Below are positions 46,145 to 60,627 of a stretch of 64,000 bases of DNA, piece after piece. The notes under the pieces were generated by a model that saw nothing but the letters and a program-made list of their open reading frames with translations, made no database searches and was not told where the DNA came from. The position numbers and the translations under genes were made by a program. Source of the stretch: Klebsormidium nitens (lineage: Eukaryota > Plantae > Klebsormidiophyceae); the NCBI GenBank assembly GCA_000708835.1, contig DF237442.1, forward strand, positions 5,823 to 69,822, read 5' to 3'. Position 1 is the first letter of the stretch, and the number at the start of each line of letters is the position of its first letter.

Positions 46145-47305
46145 CCACGTTAAGTACGTCGAAAACCCCTGCTTTAGAAACGAATTGGGTAATTTCTGGA
46201 CTTGGACCATAGGCGCGCTTCCAGAGTGCTGTGTTGTTCGATTCATGCATCAGTACTTCAAAGATTTGCGTGCTATCACAGGGCTGCTTATCTGTCCTGT
46301 CATATTGATGTGTCGTCCTGTCAGGGCGCGCATTCTCCGTTCTATGAACTTCAATCTACATATCGTCCCGTTTGATCGATCCTTAACTTCAACTCCCAGC
46401 GCTGATGATCGAATGGCAGAAACGGATCAATGATGCACAGGCACATCGCAGAATATTTGCCGGCCATAATTGCGCTCTGTAGAGGATCGTATCCTTGAAG
46501 TTTGTATGCGCACTGATGCTTTTCCAATAGCGGCGCCCTAGCTTGTACTGAGAAGATCAAATTTGCAAACGTGCAGCATAAGTGTGGCGACTTTCAAGTG
46601 CTGCCACAACAATTAATCAACTTTAACAGGTCGCGATGCACTGGCTGGCCTAGAGCTAGCCTGGGCATGCATGCAATTTCTCAGGCCCGTCGCGGCGGCC
46701 CGGCTGCCACCCAATCCAATTGCAACTTAGGTACAGTTAACATGCCGATTATGCACATGCTGGAGCAGCTAGTAGTCAGTGATGGCGGCACATGCGCTAG
46801 CTTCATTGGACAACTGTCGGTTCAAGTGGCGGAGCTGATATGTACCGCTTCAAACTCTAATTATGCAGCGATTTCCATATATGACATGCATCCAGGCGCT
46901 GGCATGTGTTGCGTAGTACAATGTATTCTATGCACTGAATGAGTCATGCATGTCTGAGCCCGAAGCACGTTCACTATAATCATGGCAACTACGGGCCGCT
47001 GGCACTATTCCGCACTCTTAGGATTGAAGTCGACCGGCCAAGGTGCACATTCTGATACCGTCCCCATGATGATTCTCGAATGAAGAGAGATGAACGAATA
47101 TGCCGTCACGCAGAGCCTGATCCAATATCTTTCAGGCTGCACTCTTATTTTGAAAGCGCTGTATCGGGTCGTCAAAGCAAATATGAACCTAGCTAGATAC
47201 AGACTCAACGACAACTATTTACCCTGGGCTTCTACAGGACAACAACTATGGTACTAAGCAAAATTTTACATGATGACCCCATTTATTAGCATCAGAGGAA
47301 TGAAC

Positions 47306-48520
47306 TCAACTCTGAAACCACCAATTATCATGGTCTAGGCAGTTGAACTCTTCAGGAACTATTCTATCTTCGTTGTGGTCTTCTGTTCGATTATAAGAAT
47401 GGAAGCCCCCAGTGATTCTTTCCTTTCGAGCTTTCAAATAACTTATCTCCTCTATCGTATAGTTCTGCTTCCGCCGGGATACCCCGTCTTCTGTCATAGA
47501 AATGAAGTCAAGTGGCATCCACCCAGCAACCCAACCGTACTGATGCCACGCGCGCGTCATAAAATCGTGATCATCATCCCCGAGATAGAAGTTAACCTCG
47601 TCAAAATATCCAAGCGCCCTCGTCTTGTCAGCAACTAAAAGCAATGGCCCGCGGTTGACGGTATCCCTGACATGGAAAGTGCACATGGTCTCTTTACTTG
47701 CGTTCAAAGGGCGATCAAGCTCAGTACCTTCGCAGCGGCCCACCTTCTCCGGCAGCGTGCTTTCCTGAATGCTGTACGCCATGTGGGCGCACCGTCCGCT
47801 GACGGCGACCACATCAGAATACAAGTGTGCCGGAACAGCAAGAATAGAATTCCAACCGCGGGTGATCATCTGCATATCGTCTTGTACCAGCACAAGGAGC
47901 GTTGCACTTGGGTGGCTCGCCCTCATGCCAATATTGTTGGCACTTGTCTCCCATACCGGAGTTGGCTGTTCGATCAGCAATACATGTGTCAAGGAGTCAG
48001 GGTGCCTGGCATTCTGCAGAAGAGCCAAGGCCAGATCTTGAGAGTTATCCGTGCAGAAGTCAAAGACAATGATGAGTTCCCATAACCCCGTCGTGTAATC
48101 CAGGAGTGCTTGCAGGTTCTTCTGCAGGAGTCTGCTCTGATTATGTACTGTTAGAATGACGCTGAACAAAGGCTCCTGAACGGACAGCCAATAATCCAAA
48201 AGGATGCACGGAGGCTGTTGCAGCCCCTCGATATACCCGGGTTGGTTCACCAGATCTTGTAGAGGGGCCAGAAACCCGCACCCTTCCTCCGGTTGCTTCT
48301 CACACTGGCACTGGGGATACTTCCCAGGAGATCTGTGGCTTGCCGGGCCTTGGATAACGCCAATGGGGCTCAAAATAGTCAACTCAGCATTGTGTGGAGA
48401 ATGCAGGGAATCAACTAGGGATCGCGCCGGGTGGTACAGCAAAAGTGTGCCGAACAGCAACACAGCTAGCCTGAGACACTGGATGGTAGTGGGGCCAGTA
48501 ACCCCGACACTACTACCCAT
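47306..48520 (-). CDS. Glycosyltransferase family 2 (GT-A fold), type II membrane protein, intronless CDS
   Basis: N-terminal hydrophobic anchor; FSVILTVHNQ, ELIIVFDFCTDNS, VLVQDDM (DxD region) and LGYFDEVNF..DDDHDFMTRA; 404 aa uninterrupted. Confidence 0.88.
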   Translation of the reverse strand: MGSSVGVTGPTTIQCLRLAVLLFGTLLLYHPARSLVDSLHSPHNAELTILSPIGVIQGPASHRSPGKYPQCQCEKQPEEGCGFLAPLQDLVNQPGYIEGLQQPPCILLDYWLSVQEPLFSVILTVHNQSRLLQKNLQALLDYTTGLWELIIVFDFCTDNSQDLALALLQNARHPDSLTHVLLIEQPTPVWETSANNIGMRASHPSATLLVLVQDDMQMITRGWNSILAVPAHLYSDVVAVSGRCAHMAYSIQESTLPEKVGRCEGTELDRPLNASKETMCTFHVRDTVNRGPLLLVADKTRALGYFDEVNFYLGDDDHDFMTRAWHQYGWVAGWMPLDFISMTEDGVSRRKQNYTIEEISYLKARKERITGGFHSYNRTEDHNEDRIVPEEFNCLDHDNWWFQS

Positions 48521-51500
48521 TGTAACCGGCCACCTTGGCTACAACCCCACAGTCCCTCAGCCAACACTCAGAATACATGGGACATGTGTGTTGGAGACAA
48601 TAATAGCGTGTGATGGGGCTGAACCACACGCCACGTGCACCTCGGACCGGCAAGTCCTCCCTGCCCACTGCTGCTTTCACTGTTCAGCCACCATCTATAC
48701 GGCAGCTTGGCCCCTTCATGGCCCCCACGTGCAGGGCGCCTTCGCAACTGGGAAGACCTCAGACACAACTTTGACAAGCTCCGAGTCCTAGCTAGCTGCA
48801 TCATGCATGGCATTGAACTTGCATTGAATCTTGACAAAGGCTAAACCCTCCCGGCACGTGTAGGCTCGCGTAGGGTCGAGTCGCGGCCGCCGGCCGGCAT
48901 TGTCATGCGCGTGCGGCGCGAGAAATCCCGGCCGGGCGCTCAGGCGGCAATTTCTGCTGTCTCTAGCTACCTACTCATATCCTTTAGATACCTAGCTGGA
49001 AACTCAATTTTTTTTGCAAGGCCAAAAGAAAACGCTGGCCTAGCTTTGGAAGTTGCAACTGTGGGCCCAAGTGGTGATTTCTACAGCAGTTGCAAAGGGT
49101 CTGATGGCGGGGAAGGAGTCGGCAGTGTCCCGGTTTTTCTCTACCCATGTGAAGGACGAGAGCGGCCGGGCCGCAACCCTGGTGAGCCACAAAATGCGTC
49201 ATGGGGCCACAGGGGGCTTCTCTTATTGGAGTTTGCAGCAGTGCTGCTCGATCCATTGTTCCTCCTCAAGTGCTTCAATATTGGTTCCGACCTGGCCACT
49301 GCTCTACTTTGCGGGTTTGACATTCAAGATACAATACAGCGCCTTGACAGTGCGTTCGCTGAGTGGCACTTAGAGAGCAGAGCATGCATGTATGTTGTTA
49401 GCAAAACATTGCTTCGAACCACCCCGGTTGGATCTGTGTTGGTCTGAAATGGTGCCTTCTAATGGGTGGTTCAATGGGAATCTGTCGTGAGGTTCATTGG
49501 GTAGTGGTCAGCACCACCATCATCATAGTTGCTGGAGAAACCAGTTCGATTCCCGTCAATCAACTCGAGGCCTGATGAATTAACGGCCTACCCAAGAAAT
49601 CTGGGGCCTACCCGAGATCTTACCAGAATCTGGGCTGTTTGGTCTTATTGCTGTCATCTTAATTTTGTATATCACTTGAGAGATCCTGCAACCATTCATC
49701 CTGAAGTGGCCCCCGAGTCTACATCTAAAAACCAGACCCCACGCAAAGTTTACACTTTGCATGTTTGAAGCTTTCGACGAGGTTAGTGCCACAGGTCTCT
49801 TACAAGCAGGCAAGCTGCAAAGCCCCCTGAAGGTGGACTGGTGCTTTCATTTTCACCATTCTTTTCTATCACGAACTTAAATTCTACACGATAGTTCAGC
49901 CTTGGACAGTTTCTAACATCTGGTCTTGTTGGCAGCGGCTTCTACGAGCCGCAGGTCTTTTTGCTGGGGCTATCTGGGTGATGCGGAACTATGGGGAGTC
50001 GATGGAGATCTAAGTGACCTCAGGTTATGACATTGGAAGCCATCAACAATCATGTTACCGGTGTCCATGAGGAATCACTTGACAATATTGTCCCTGATCT
50101 GACTCCGGCGCTTCTTTGCTTTCTGTGCTTGGGTTGTAGGTAGCAATGATAACAGACATTCGAGAGTGCAAGTCAATTGCCCAACCTTATGAGCATACAG
50201 GTCGGGACAGGTCATAAGCACCTAGTAGGTATGCTTCACAATCAATGTTGATGCGGCGGCATGGTAATGTAAGCACAGTTGTTGTTCTTGCATCAGCATG
50301 TTGTGCCTCCGTGTGTTCACGCATATGGTATGATGCCTCCAAAAGGCTACGTGTGCTTGGGAGGCACTAGGCTTATAGAAGGTAGACCGTAACTGGACTA
50401 AACTTGAAAGGTAAAATCCAGTGAAAGCTAATCATGATATGGTCATATCTTGTCTAGCTAAGCCCGGCCCCAAGCTATGTTACTTTCAGAATCATCCTAA
50501 GTTGGCTAGTCTCACATGATCGGATCGTTCTGGCGAGGCCCCGCGGCATGCACGAGAGGTCAAGTCTGGCAGCTGCCGTGCCGCGCGGCCAGTTTAAGCT
50601 GCAAGTGGCCATGTGCTGTGTCAACGTGCAAGCTAGTGTTACCGTACATGTCAAATGAGTCTGCAACCGTGAACGTGCTCAACATGAGTCAATCACGGTC
50701 ACAAAGTAAACTGCGCATATATCACTGAGTCAGCCGTCGGCCAGAACAAACAATGCATGGTCTACTAGTCTGCAGGCAGCGTTTGTGGGTATAAGATGGA
50801 AGCTCACAGCAAGCTCGGCCCACGCAGCTGCAGCATTTGCCAAGAGGACGTCATTCGAACCTTGATAAGTGATCGGACATATGCGCCGATACCCTTTTCT
50901 GTCACTGTTTTGCACTGTCATCAAACACATGCTGTCAAAGACGGCATTTTGACAGACGTTTAAAACTCAACTGGACTTTGAGCGGTGAAGAGGTCGGCGG
51001 CACTAGCTTTGTGAAGGATTTGCCTTTGATAATAACTGGCAGCCCTGTCTAGTGTCGCTTGAGTTCCTTCGGTAAGCAAGTTCCCCTATATGCCTTACCA
51101 CAAGTCCCACACCAGATATCTGCTCTATGCCCTTGAACCCGCAAATTCTTTCACGTTTCGGACCCCTTAAGACTCCTCGACTGAAGAGTATCAGCTTCTA
51201 TCGGGTCCTTAAAAGCATGCTCAGCGATAGCCACACTCTTGCTTCACTTCAAAACAAATAGACCTGAAATCCCCCTCTCATCTCGCACTTGCTCTCTACT
51301 CTTCATGACAACATCCTTCCCAGCCTTCGCGCATGAACTTGCACGACTTTCTTCTCCGAGACTGTGTGAATTACTCCTCCAGAGGCGCTTCTCGACTTTC
51401 CACTGCAGTCTTGTCAACTTCGACTTCAAACCCTTCCTTTTCATGCCACTTTCAGATACTGCCATCGCTCAAACCCCTCATCATCCAAAACCATCTTCTA

Positions 51501-52239
51501 AAGCACCGCATCCACTGCAGCACGTCCCATTTCCATCCAAACAGGTACATTCTGCACCTCTGGATCTCCGGCCCCCCCTGGTGCACCCGGGCAGTGTTGA
51601 CCGCCCAAGTGGTGATGGTCGTCACCTAAGACCAGTCCGTCCGCTTCCGATTTTGAGTTGCACTCCACTGTCAGGTCCGTACCCTCACGGACCTTCTCCT
51701 GACACCATAAGAGCACAAACCCCCTCCCGACACTCAATCGGCACAGTTGCTAACATTGTTCACAAATCCCTCCCGTTCATTCGAGCTGCTGCTTCTAAGC
51801 CGCCTCCCTCTGCTCCTCTCCAGGGCGGCCGAGCGCATGCCTCACTCCGAGTCACCCCCAAGGCCCCTCACTCGCCTACAGTAGCTAGCTTTCTGCCCGC
51901 TGCGCGGCGGGCGGGGACAGCATTCAGCCCATCCGTGCGCACGCGCTGACTCGCTGCGAGCTCAGGCCTCCCGTCCGCAGCAGCGCCCTGCTGCCTCGCC
52001 TCTCTTGCCGGCAACCACTCCAGCTTTTCGCTGCTAGGTTGTCCGGCGTCTTGCACGAAGCGGACCCCGCACCGCCCCTCTTTCGGACAGACACCGCTAC
52101 TATCTCTGTACACTACCTGCAGGCGTCCGATACCTGTTACCTGTGCACCTGTTCCTACTCTAACCACCAACAATCTGCCGCAAGCCCGTGAAAGACCACC
52201 ACCTCGCCCTCCCCCGTCCGCAGTCCGCTGCCCGCGGAC

Positions 52240-55200
52240 TTATCGACAGTAGATTGCCCGGTCGATCTGAGGAGGAATGGGCTTGATCTCTGTGCCCAAC
52301 TCCTGCTCAATGCGATACCTGCATACAGGAGCAAGCAATCCAGCCATCAAAACCGGATACACGACACGTTGCACCTGACACCTATGCTCAGCTCGAGCGG
52401 CATGCTCTGAACCATATAATTGCCCCTCCTTTCAATCGGTCAAACTTACACGTTCCCACCAGCTGTGCCAGACGCTGCCAACTTGAAAGGTCTCATCACC
52501 TCCCAACATGGAAAGTCAGCAACTCACTCCCTCAAGATCAAACTTCTACGCGTGTTCTGTAGACCTTGGCAGTGGCACGGCTTTGTCAGTTCAAAAAAGC
52601 CTGAGGCGTTGGGTGTCCATCCAGCAAGCCTAAAATACTTCGTGCTCTAGGAGGGCAGATTGGGTGAGACGACAGATGCGCTGCCACGCTCAAAGGAAAG
52701 TCAGAAAGTATCGTGGACAAACGGGCCGAAAAACTCACAAGTTGAAACGATCCTCATACGTAATCAGGTTCACTGCCAGGCCTAGGTGACCGAATCTTCC
52801 TGACCGGCCCACCTGCAAAACGGAAACAAGTGTCCAGCCATCAGCAACGCTTGACATTCTCTACCACCACAGCAGAAGGTGACTGTTGAGGAAGGAACGG
52901 AATCAGGTGCAAGCCAAACTTTCCCATGATCGCATGGGGCCTTCTGCTACTGGCGCAAAGGCAATCCCTGAGAGGCCCTGCATGTTCACGGCAAACTTTG
53001 ACATGCTTGATGCCCTCTACTTAGGGCAAGAGGAGGTCCGATATGAGTATCCATCCTTACCCTGTGGAGATACGTCTCAGAGTTCTTGGGGAAGTCGAAG
53101 TTGATGACCACATTGACAGCTTGGATGTCGATACCCCTGGTGAAGAGGTCTGCACGTGCAGGGTGACTGCTCATCAGAGGTGGCAAGGCAAAGCAAGAGG
53201 AGTGCCGGACAAGGGTTTACGGAACTTTGCCCATCGTCTGTCTCAGGGAAGATCCAGGTGCAAGCTCCTGGATGTGAAGAACAAAAAGCGCCACCTGCTG
53301 AAAGATGCACCTACATGTGCTTTCCTGAGAATACACATACAAGGACACGCAAGCATACTCTATACGATCCAAGGGGTGAATTTACTGTCGCCGGCTGTAG
53401 CGAAGCCTCGTCCCCGACAAAGAATAAGGCCGAATTCTGTTGCAGGCAGCGTTAAGGTTTACCTGACGACACGAGGTTCCGGCAGGCTCCGTTCCGGAAA
53501 TCATGGAAGACACGGTTGCGATGAGACTGCAGCATCTTGGCGTGGATGTAGAAGCACGAGTAACCCAGCTCGGTAATCTTCTTCGCAAGGAGCTCCACCC
53601 GGTTGACAGAGTTGCAGAAGATGATTGACTGGTTGATTTGCAACTGCACCGAGGCAACATGACACGCAGTCAGCCAGAAGGTCAAACATAGGAGCTCAGC
53701 TACTCACAAGATCTTAGCCTTCACGTATGCCCTGTGGACGCAGCCATGTAAGAAAAGTGCAGACTCCTACAAGGTGCATCCTTAGATTAATCAAGAAACA
53801 TCATGGCATATGTTTGAAACTTCCGCTGTTAGAACGCAGCAAATGCAGCTTGACAGGAGAACCACACGCAGTATAGCCAAGCTGAGCAGTCTCGCTTACC
53901 TTTGAGAAGAGCGTATTGAGGCAGTGCACCTTCTGCCTCTCCTCCACAAAAGCATAGTACTGAGTGATACCCTTGAGCGTGAGCTCGTCCATCAGGTTGA
54001 TGACGTACGGCTTCCTCAGGAACTTGTCTTTGAAGGACTTGACGGTCACGGGGAAGGTCGCAGAGTACAGCAGAATCTGGCGCTGCTCCGGCGTGTACCC
54101 AATGAGCTGCTCACACAGGGGCTGGAACTCCGGGGACAGCAACTTGTCCGCCTGCAGCAATATATACGGTTTGAGACTCTGCATGTGCAACCAATGTAAG
54201 CATCCCTATCCGAATGCCTAACTGCAGGAGCTTGATCAGCGCAGGTCTAGAGGGCGCAATTCGCAGGACTGATGTCACAGGACTGAAATCCAAGTCAGCG
54301 AGCATCTTAAGCAGGACGCAACTTCTCCAGCAATGCTGAAGACAGTTGTGGTTCACGGAGCATCCAGTGATGATGCCTTACCTCGTCCATGACTAGCATC
54401 GTGCAGTTGTTCAGCTTGCACACCCCCTTATTTGTAAGGTCGAGGATACGACCAGGAGTCCCTACCAACACGTGGACTGGATTGTAGAGACGCATGATGT
54501 CGTCCTTCAGGCTAGTCCCTCCAGTTGTCACCATGATTTGGATGCCCATATGCTTCGAGAGCTCCTTGCAAACTTGAGAAGTCTGCAAAGCTAGCTCGCG
54601 AGTCGGCACCAGCAGCAGAACTGCAGAAGCAATAGAGTGTATGACAAAAGTTGACGACCAATAGACAGCGTGTAACAATGGGGTGACCTGACTGGCTCTT
54701 TGCTTGAGAAAGTACAGCAGGATACCTGCTTCTGCCATTTTCTGTTCAAGTAAGCAATGCAACTCTTTTGCAGTGCTTAGGCTGAGCTCGTCGATATAGC
54801 AGCAATTGAAGCACACTTGGTAAAACTGGCTCCCAATAGACTGAACCCTGTGAAGCAGACCGCATGAATCAAAGGCACTTGCTCTTTGCGATCATAGTGC
54901 AGATGCTTGACCCCGTTAACTGCTTGAAGCCTGCATAACAGAGCATCATGAAAAACAATTCACATCTATGTAAGCAAAAAGGACGACACAACACTTGCCT
55001 TGAATGGCATTCTTGCTCGTATCCACTTTCTCAAGAGCGGGGATGCAGAAGGCGGCTGTCTTTCCCGTGCCATTCTTGGCTCTAGCAAGAATATCGCGGC
55101 CTGTAAGCGCGATTGGAATGCTCTCTTCTTGGATGGGTGAAGGTCTCTCGAAGCCTTTCTCATAGATTCCCATCAGCAGCTCTCTCTTCAGGAAATAGTC

Positions 55201-55983
55201 TTCAAACTCGTTCCCTTTGGTATTGGTGACATCCTGCAAACGGAATTTCAGCTGTATGAGGAAATCCCCATTGACGACAGAACCGTATGCAGATAAAGCA
55301 AACAATGCCACATCTAGGCGAACACAGATGTCCTCTTCATTTGCAGAAGCTTTCCCCATGAATGCATAATCCTAAGGCTCCAAGCTGTGAGCATGGATGT
55401 GTTTTAGAAGCCTGTGCATTCATCAGTCAGACATGCAACTAAATTGCTGGGAGCCTTTACCTCTGTTCTGAAGCGGGTATCTGCAGGGGGGAGCTTCAGT
55501 TGCTGCTTCCAGTCTTGAGCCCTGTTGCAAACATCAATGCAAACTATGAGTTACAACAAGAGCGAGACCTGGCAAACCAATTGGTGGGATACAATGTTCA
55601 CAGCAAGAAGCACATAAAACATTTTGCCATGTGGGGACACGTCTCCCTGAGTTGATCATTGCATAGGTTTGTGTCATCCAATGCATCGCCATTGTTCAGA
55701 CAATGGCTGGGCTCAATGCCTTCCCTGCCAATCCTTACCCATTGCTCCCTGCAGCGGCCTGTACTTGCATTTGTCCCTGTGCTTGAGGAGGTGGCTGGGG
55801 AGGGGGTGCAGCTCCCTGTATCTGTGCCGGCTGCACAGCTTGAGGAGCACCAGCGGGCGGTGCTGTGCCCCTAACTACGTTACCTGGTTGCCTTGGGCCC
55901 CAGGCCGGCAACTGTGGTCTGACTGCGGCAGGACCCCCTTGACCCCCAGGGCCACGAGGAGGACCCCGATTGTTTGTTGCCAT
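52240..55983 (-). CDS. DDX6: DEAD-box RNA helicase DDX6/Dhh1 (plant RH6/RH8/RH12 type)
   Basis: Spliced motifs [52 protein letters not shown] (split by an intron), [46 protein letters not shown] and [15 protein letters not shown]. Start at 55983; last exon 52318-52240. Confidence 0.97.
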
Positions 55984-57556
55984 CCCAATAGGTTCTAAGC
56001 TCCACCAGGCTAGACCTGTGGGTTTTTCGACCCCTATTCTTGCGGTGTCCCTGCTTGCACACAGTGCTTTGTCCTGCACGCCACGCAGGTGCTTCCTCTC
56101 CAAGACGCTCTCCCTTCAGCAATCTTTCTGGCACTGCTCACGACACGCGCGTGACTCAATCGACCGCCCTTCCACGACCACCAACCGTTGACAATGAGAA
56201 TGGAAACCTTCTTCCCGGATTGCTCCTGAAGGCTCATATGCCATTGCAGCAATGGGATTGCTTTATGTCTCAGATTATCCGTCCAATACAAGCACGTCCA
56301 CGGAAAATGGACAAGCGAATATGCAGGACTTCAGTACCCCCCAACTTGGTTTTGGAGACTGGACTCTGCCCGCATTGGCGGGGCCCTGAACAGTTATGTA
56401 CCACCAGGGTATACAGTGAGCTCGTATGTGGGTGATTTGAGAGCAGCTTATATTCTACAAATCATTCTTATGCATGTATATTTGAGCAGCGATTTCTACT
56501 GCAGAGACAGCTGCAGTCCGCAGAAACTGCAGTTCTCAGTGCAAGAGAGTGGAACTTGAAGCAGGACCGCGGCATGCACCGGCCACAGCGCGCCTCAGCT
56601 ACCTACTGCACAGCTACCGGTGGGCAGGACCTGCTCATGCAGAGGGGCAGCATTTCACTTGTTCAGCCTGGTCACTCAACGCTTTCGCAAAAATCTAGAT
56701 CTTGTTTAGCTGGGCATTGCTCCGGAGGCATAGTCCATATACAATTGGCGTGTGGAGAAGGAGATGGCTCTGTTGAAGCACAGTACATGGAGCTTCGAGA
56801 GAGCTTTTGCTATTCTCCGGTGGCAGCCAGCGCTTGCAGCATTTGCCCCAGGCATGCTTGGATTGGGGCAGGCTGGGCCTGCCGTTTTGGAGGTGAGTCG
56901 CCTGGCAGGAGCAGGGAGCCTGATGCCTGGATGTTCCTCCAACCATTCTACGCCCTTGCGAGTTACACCTTCAGTAAATGTAAAGCTATCAAAAGTTGGC
57001 TCGCTTGTAATTGCGTCCCCTTGAACTTGTTGGCGTCATATGGGTGCGGAATGCTTACGGGACGTCACACAGAGACTTTGGAGTTTGATTGGTTCGATTG
57101 TGCCATGAGAACCGATTGTTTCCTTTCGTCTATTCAGAGTGCAATTTCCACTGAGCCCCCAGCAGGGGCATCGGGCATCAAGAGTTTCGCCACAGCTGCG
57201 ATGGGTGAGTTATCACCACCTCTTCCCCTGAGTCTGCTAGCTTGGTCTCTTCATGCTGATGGAAAGTGGTATAGCTGGAAGGTGATGCCCACTTGTATGG
57301 GGATATGGGGCTATTTGTTGAGGGAAGTGGGAAAAGGTCAGTGTGCAGGTAGCGCGAACATAACCACTTTCTGAAATGGAAGGGGCCCAGACTCGTCCCT
57401 GTTCAGTCCTGTGTTCAGTGGGGGCTTCGTTTAGGTGCATGATCCCCCCCTTCGACTCTAACGTTGGCTGAGTGGTAGGATCCTCTCTGTGTCCATAAAG
57501 GGACCCTGCCTGTAAAGCTGTGTATGAAGAAGTCTGCTCCTGGTGCCCCCTCGCAG

Positions 57557-60500
57557 GCAAGGTGAAGCGAAAGAGCCCCAAGGGCTTGCCCCCTCCTGAT
57601 GAAGGGGGAACCGGGCAGCGCCGGGCTGCCCTCGATGCGGCGCTGCTGCAGATTGAGAGCAGCTTTGGGTCTGGCTCCGTGATGCGCATGGGGGACCTGG
57701 CGGCGGCCAACAAGAACGTGGCGGTCATTCCCACGGGCTCCCTCGCACTGGACGCCGCGCTCGGGGTGGGGGGGCTACCCAAGGTAAGCCACATCGTTGT
57801 TCCATGGATGTCTTCCGTGTAACACAGGTTGCGTCGGCTTCTCCTCACATGGCACCTTGATGGGTATGACACTTGAAGTTGCCCCTCTAGAATTGGCTCT
57901 AGCTTGATGGTTGTTGCCGGCCTGATTCTCTGCTTGCATACTTTCATGCTTGCAGGGGCGAGTGGTGGAGATCTTTGGACCGGAGGCGTCAGGGAAGACC
58001 ACCCTGGCGCTGCATGTGGTGGCAGAAGCGCAGAAGCAGGGAGGTGAGGTGCAGCGTTCACTTGATAAGAAATGGCGACAGCGTTGTTCACGTTCCTGGA
58101 CCCGTTTCTTGTTTCATCGTTTGAAGACTTTGACTCAGCATAGTTATATCGCTCCTTCCAGCTGTGGGTATTCTCACCATTTGTTAAGCTCAATTGTGTC
58201 GAGAAAACCGCAACTGCCTGTCGGAATGATGTTATGTTCTCTAGATCTTGGAGTAAAGGAGCAAGCGTATCGCTCTCTTTCGCAAGTCTCTCTCCCCATA
58301 AAACGATGCCATAAAGCATCTTGATTAAGTGACTTCGGTGTCGATTCGAGCCTCCCTCTTGCTAGCAGGGACGTGCGTGTTCATTGACGCTGAGCATGCT
58401 CTGGACGCCTCGTTTGCGGAAGCGATTGGCGTGCACACAGCGGACCTGCTGATTGCGCAGCCCGACAGCGGGGAGCAGGCGCTCGCGGTGGCGGACACGC
58501 TCATTCGCAGCGGCTCCGTGGACGTGGTCGTCGTGGACAGTGTGAGCGCGGCTGCGGTCGAGCTAAGCTTCTCAGGGGTCTAGAATGGACCGAACTTGTC
58601 TGAGAGCCCGTAGGGCGGCTCGAGATTCATGAACGCCTATGACTTGCTCCGTCCTAGCGGCGATTGGTGCAATCGAGTATCGGCTTTCGTTGGTCAAAGG
58701 ATCTAGCAATTATGGCAGATTGGAGATGAGAGTGCTAAAGAGACTGTTTGCCCTTTTGACTAACGGTTGGGGATCATTGTGACGGGTCAATTATTTTGAA
58801 CCCGCTGAAAGGAGATTTGTGCATATTTATCTTCGACACTTCCTCTCACGTGTGCTTGTGCGGTGGCAGGTGGCTGCGCTGGTGCCCAAGGCGGAGCTGG
58901 CGGGCGAGATGGGCGACGCGCACATGGCCCTGCAGGCGCGCCTCATGAGCCAGGCGCTGCGCAAGCTCACGCACTCGCTTGCCAAGAGCGACACCCTGCT
59001 CATCTTCATCAACCAGGTGCGCCACCACCAAGGCATCCGTGGGCTTGCATTCAGACTGCCCATCTCAGCAAATTGTCCTGGCTGCCAGACATTCGAAGGA
59101 GCGGTCGTATCACAAGAGGGAAGGCAGGAAGCACCTCAGCGTGCACTTTGCATTGAAAGGGTCCGAAACGTGAGTGGGTCCGGAAATTAGGCCAGCCAGA
59201 TTGAACACGGTGAATGGGTGAGAAGGCCGTTATTGCACATGGCTGGAGCCACAGAGTCTTGCCTGCGCTTGGTCAAACCTGGTTGTTGGATTGCAGCAAA
59301 CCATAACTTCGGAGATTACGAGCACTTGGATCGGTTCCCATGGTCGCATAAAAGAGTGGGTTTTCTGGTGACTTAGGCTCCTGAAAGACGCAGAGCCGAC
59401 TTATATCTTGACAGACGCTCGTCTGCCTTCGGCGCCCGTGCAGATACGAAATAAGCTCAGCACGTTCGGAGGGTTCGGGGGACCCCAGGAGGTCACGTCG
59501 GGCGGCAACGCGCTCAAGTTCTACTCGTCGGTGCGGCTGAACATTCGGCGCATAGCGTACTTGAAAAAGGGAGAAGAGGTGAGCGGCCAGGACGCACGTG
59601 AAGAAGCCGCTCTGCGCTTACGTCGGATGCTGGCCCTGGTGGACCGAAGGGGAGCACCAGGAAATGGAAAGGCTGTGTGCATGTTTTCAAGTAAGAGACC
59701 TGCTGGGAGTTCGTCAATAGTTTTGCAGCCTGGATTGAAGCTAAAATTGGGCCGCTTTTGTCGAGAATCGCCTTAACGAGGAATGACTCGATTGGCCTTC
59801 CCTTCTAGCTTTTCCACCTTTCACTAAACTTGCGTAACCTGACGGGACATATCGCAAGAGCAGGTGTGTGCCATGGAGCCTTCGATTGCTTTACTCAGTT
59901 TTCTTCCCAGGATGCTACTAGCGTGGTTCACTTGAAAATTACTGGATTACTTCGCATCCTGTCAAGAAAGTCGTGCACCGACCAAATTTTCTCGGACATT
60001 ACTTACAAGAAGTGGCCCCTTTACGTCCTTGAGGCGGTGATACGATTGCGGCGACCGGCAATTGCTTTGCACTTTGCTTCGTGCCAAAGTCCTCAAGCTC
60101 TAGTTCTTCCGAACACGAGAAGTGCGTCAACTGGCTGCCCGTCCACCCGTCGGTACTTTGTACTGTGGCTATGAACATCTGTAGTTTTTGTGGGTTGCTT
60201 TCTTTGGCTCGGCGCTGACATGGCCGCTGGTGTGCAGGTAGTGGGCAGCACGGTGCGCGTGAAGATTGCCAAGAACAAAGTCGCGCCGCCGTTCCGGGCA
60301 GCGGAGTTCGACATCGAGTTTGGGCGCGGCATCTCGCAGGAGGGCGAGCTGCTGGACATCGGCGTGCGGGAGGGCCTCCTGCACAAGTCGGGCGCGTGGT
60401 ACTCGTACAAAGGGGAGAACTTCGCGCAGGGCCGGGACAAGGGCAAGCTGTACTTGCGGGACAACCCCGCATTTGCCGCCGAGCTGACGGCAGCGGTGCG

Positions 60501-60627
60501 GGAGCGGTTGCAGAGTTCACTTTTGGAGCGGAAAGATAGCACGAGCGGTGCCACGTCGGTCGATGACGAGAGCGTCGAAGAGGACGACCTAGAAAGAGAC
60601 GATTATGGAGCAGAGGCCGTGGGATGA
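57557..60627 (+). CDS. recA: Organellar RecA recombinase, plant RECA2 (mitochondrial-type); targeting-peptide exon(s) upstream unresolved
   Basis: Exons give [115 protein letters not shown] and GAWYSY. The FGGFGGP loop is typical of plant RECA2. The start probably lies between about 56570 and 57360. Confidence 0.95.

Noticed and set aside
48900-51200. Possible unannotated gene between GT2 and DDX6 (ORFs 48905-49447, 49053-49373)
   Set aside because: I could not assemble a consistent exon chain or recognise a motif.
51239-51949. 236-aa plus-strand ORF
   Set aside because: C/T-rich low-complexity sequence antisense to the probable DDX6 3'UTR, with no domain features.
57237-58319. 360-aa minus-strand ORF
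   Set aside because: It is antisense to RecA exons and introns and has no independent coding signal.
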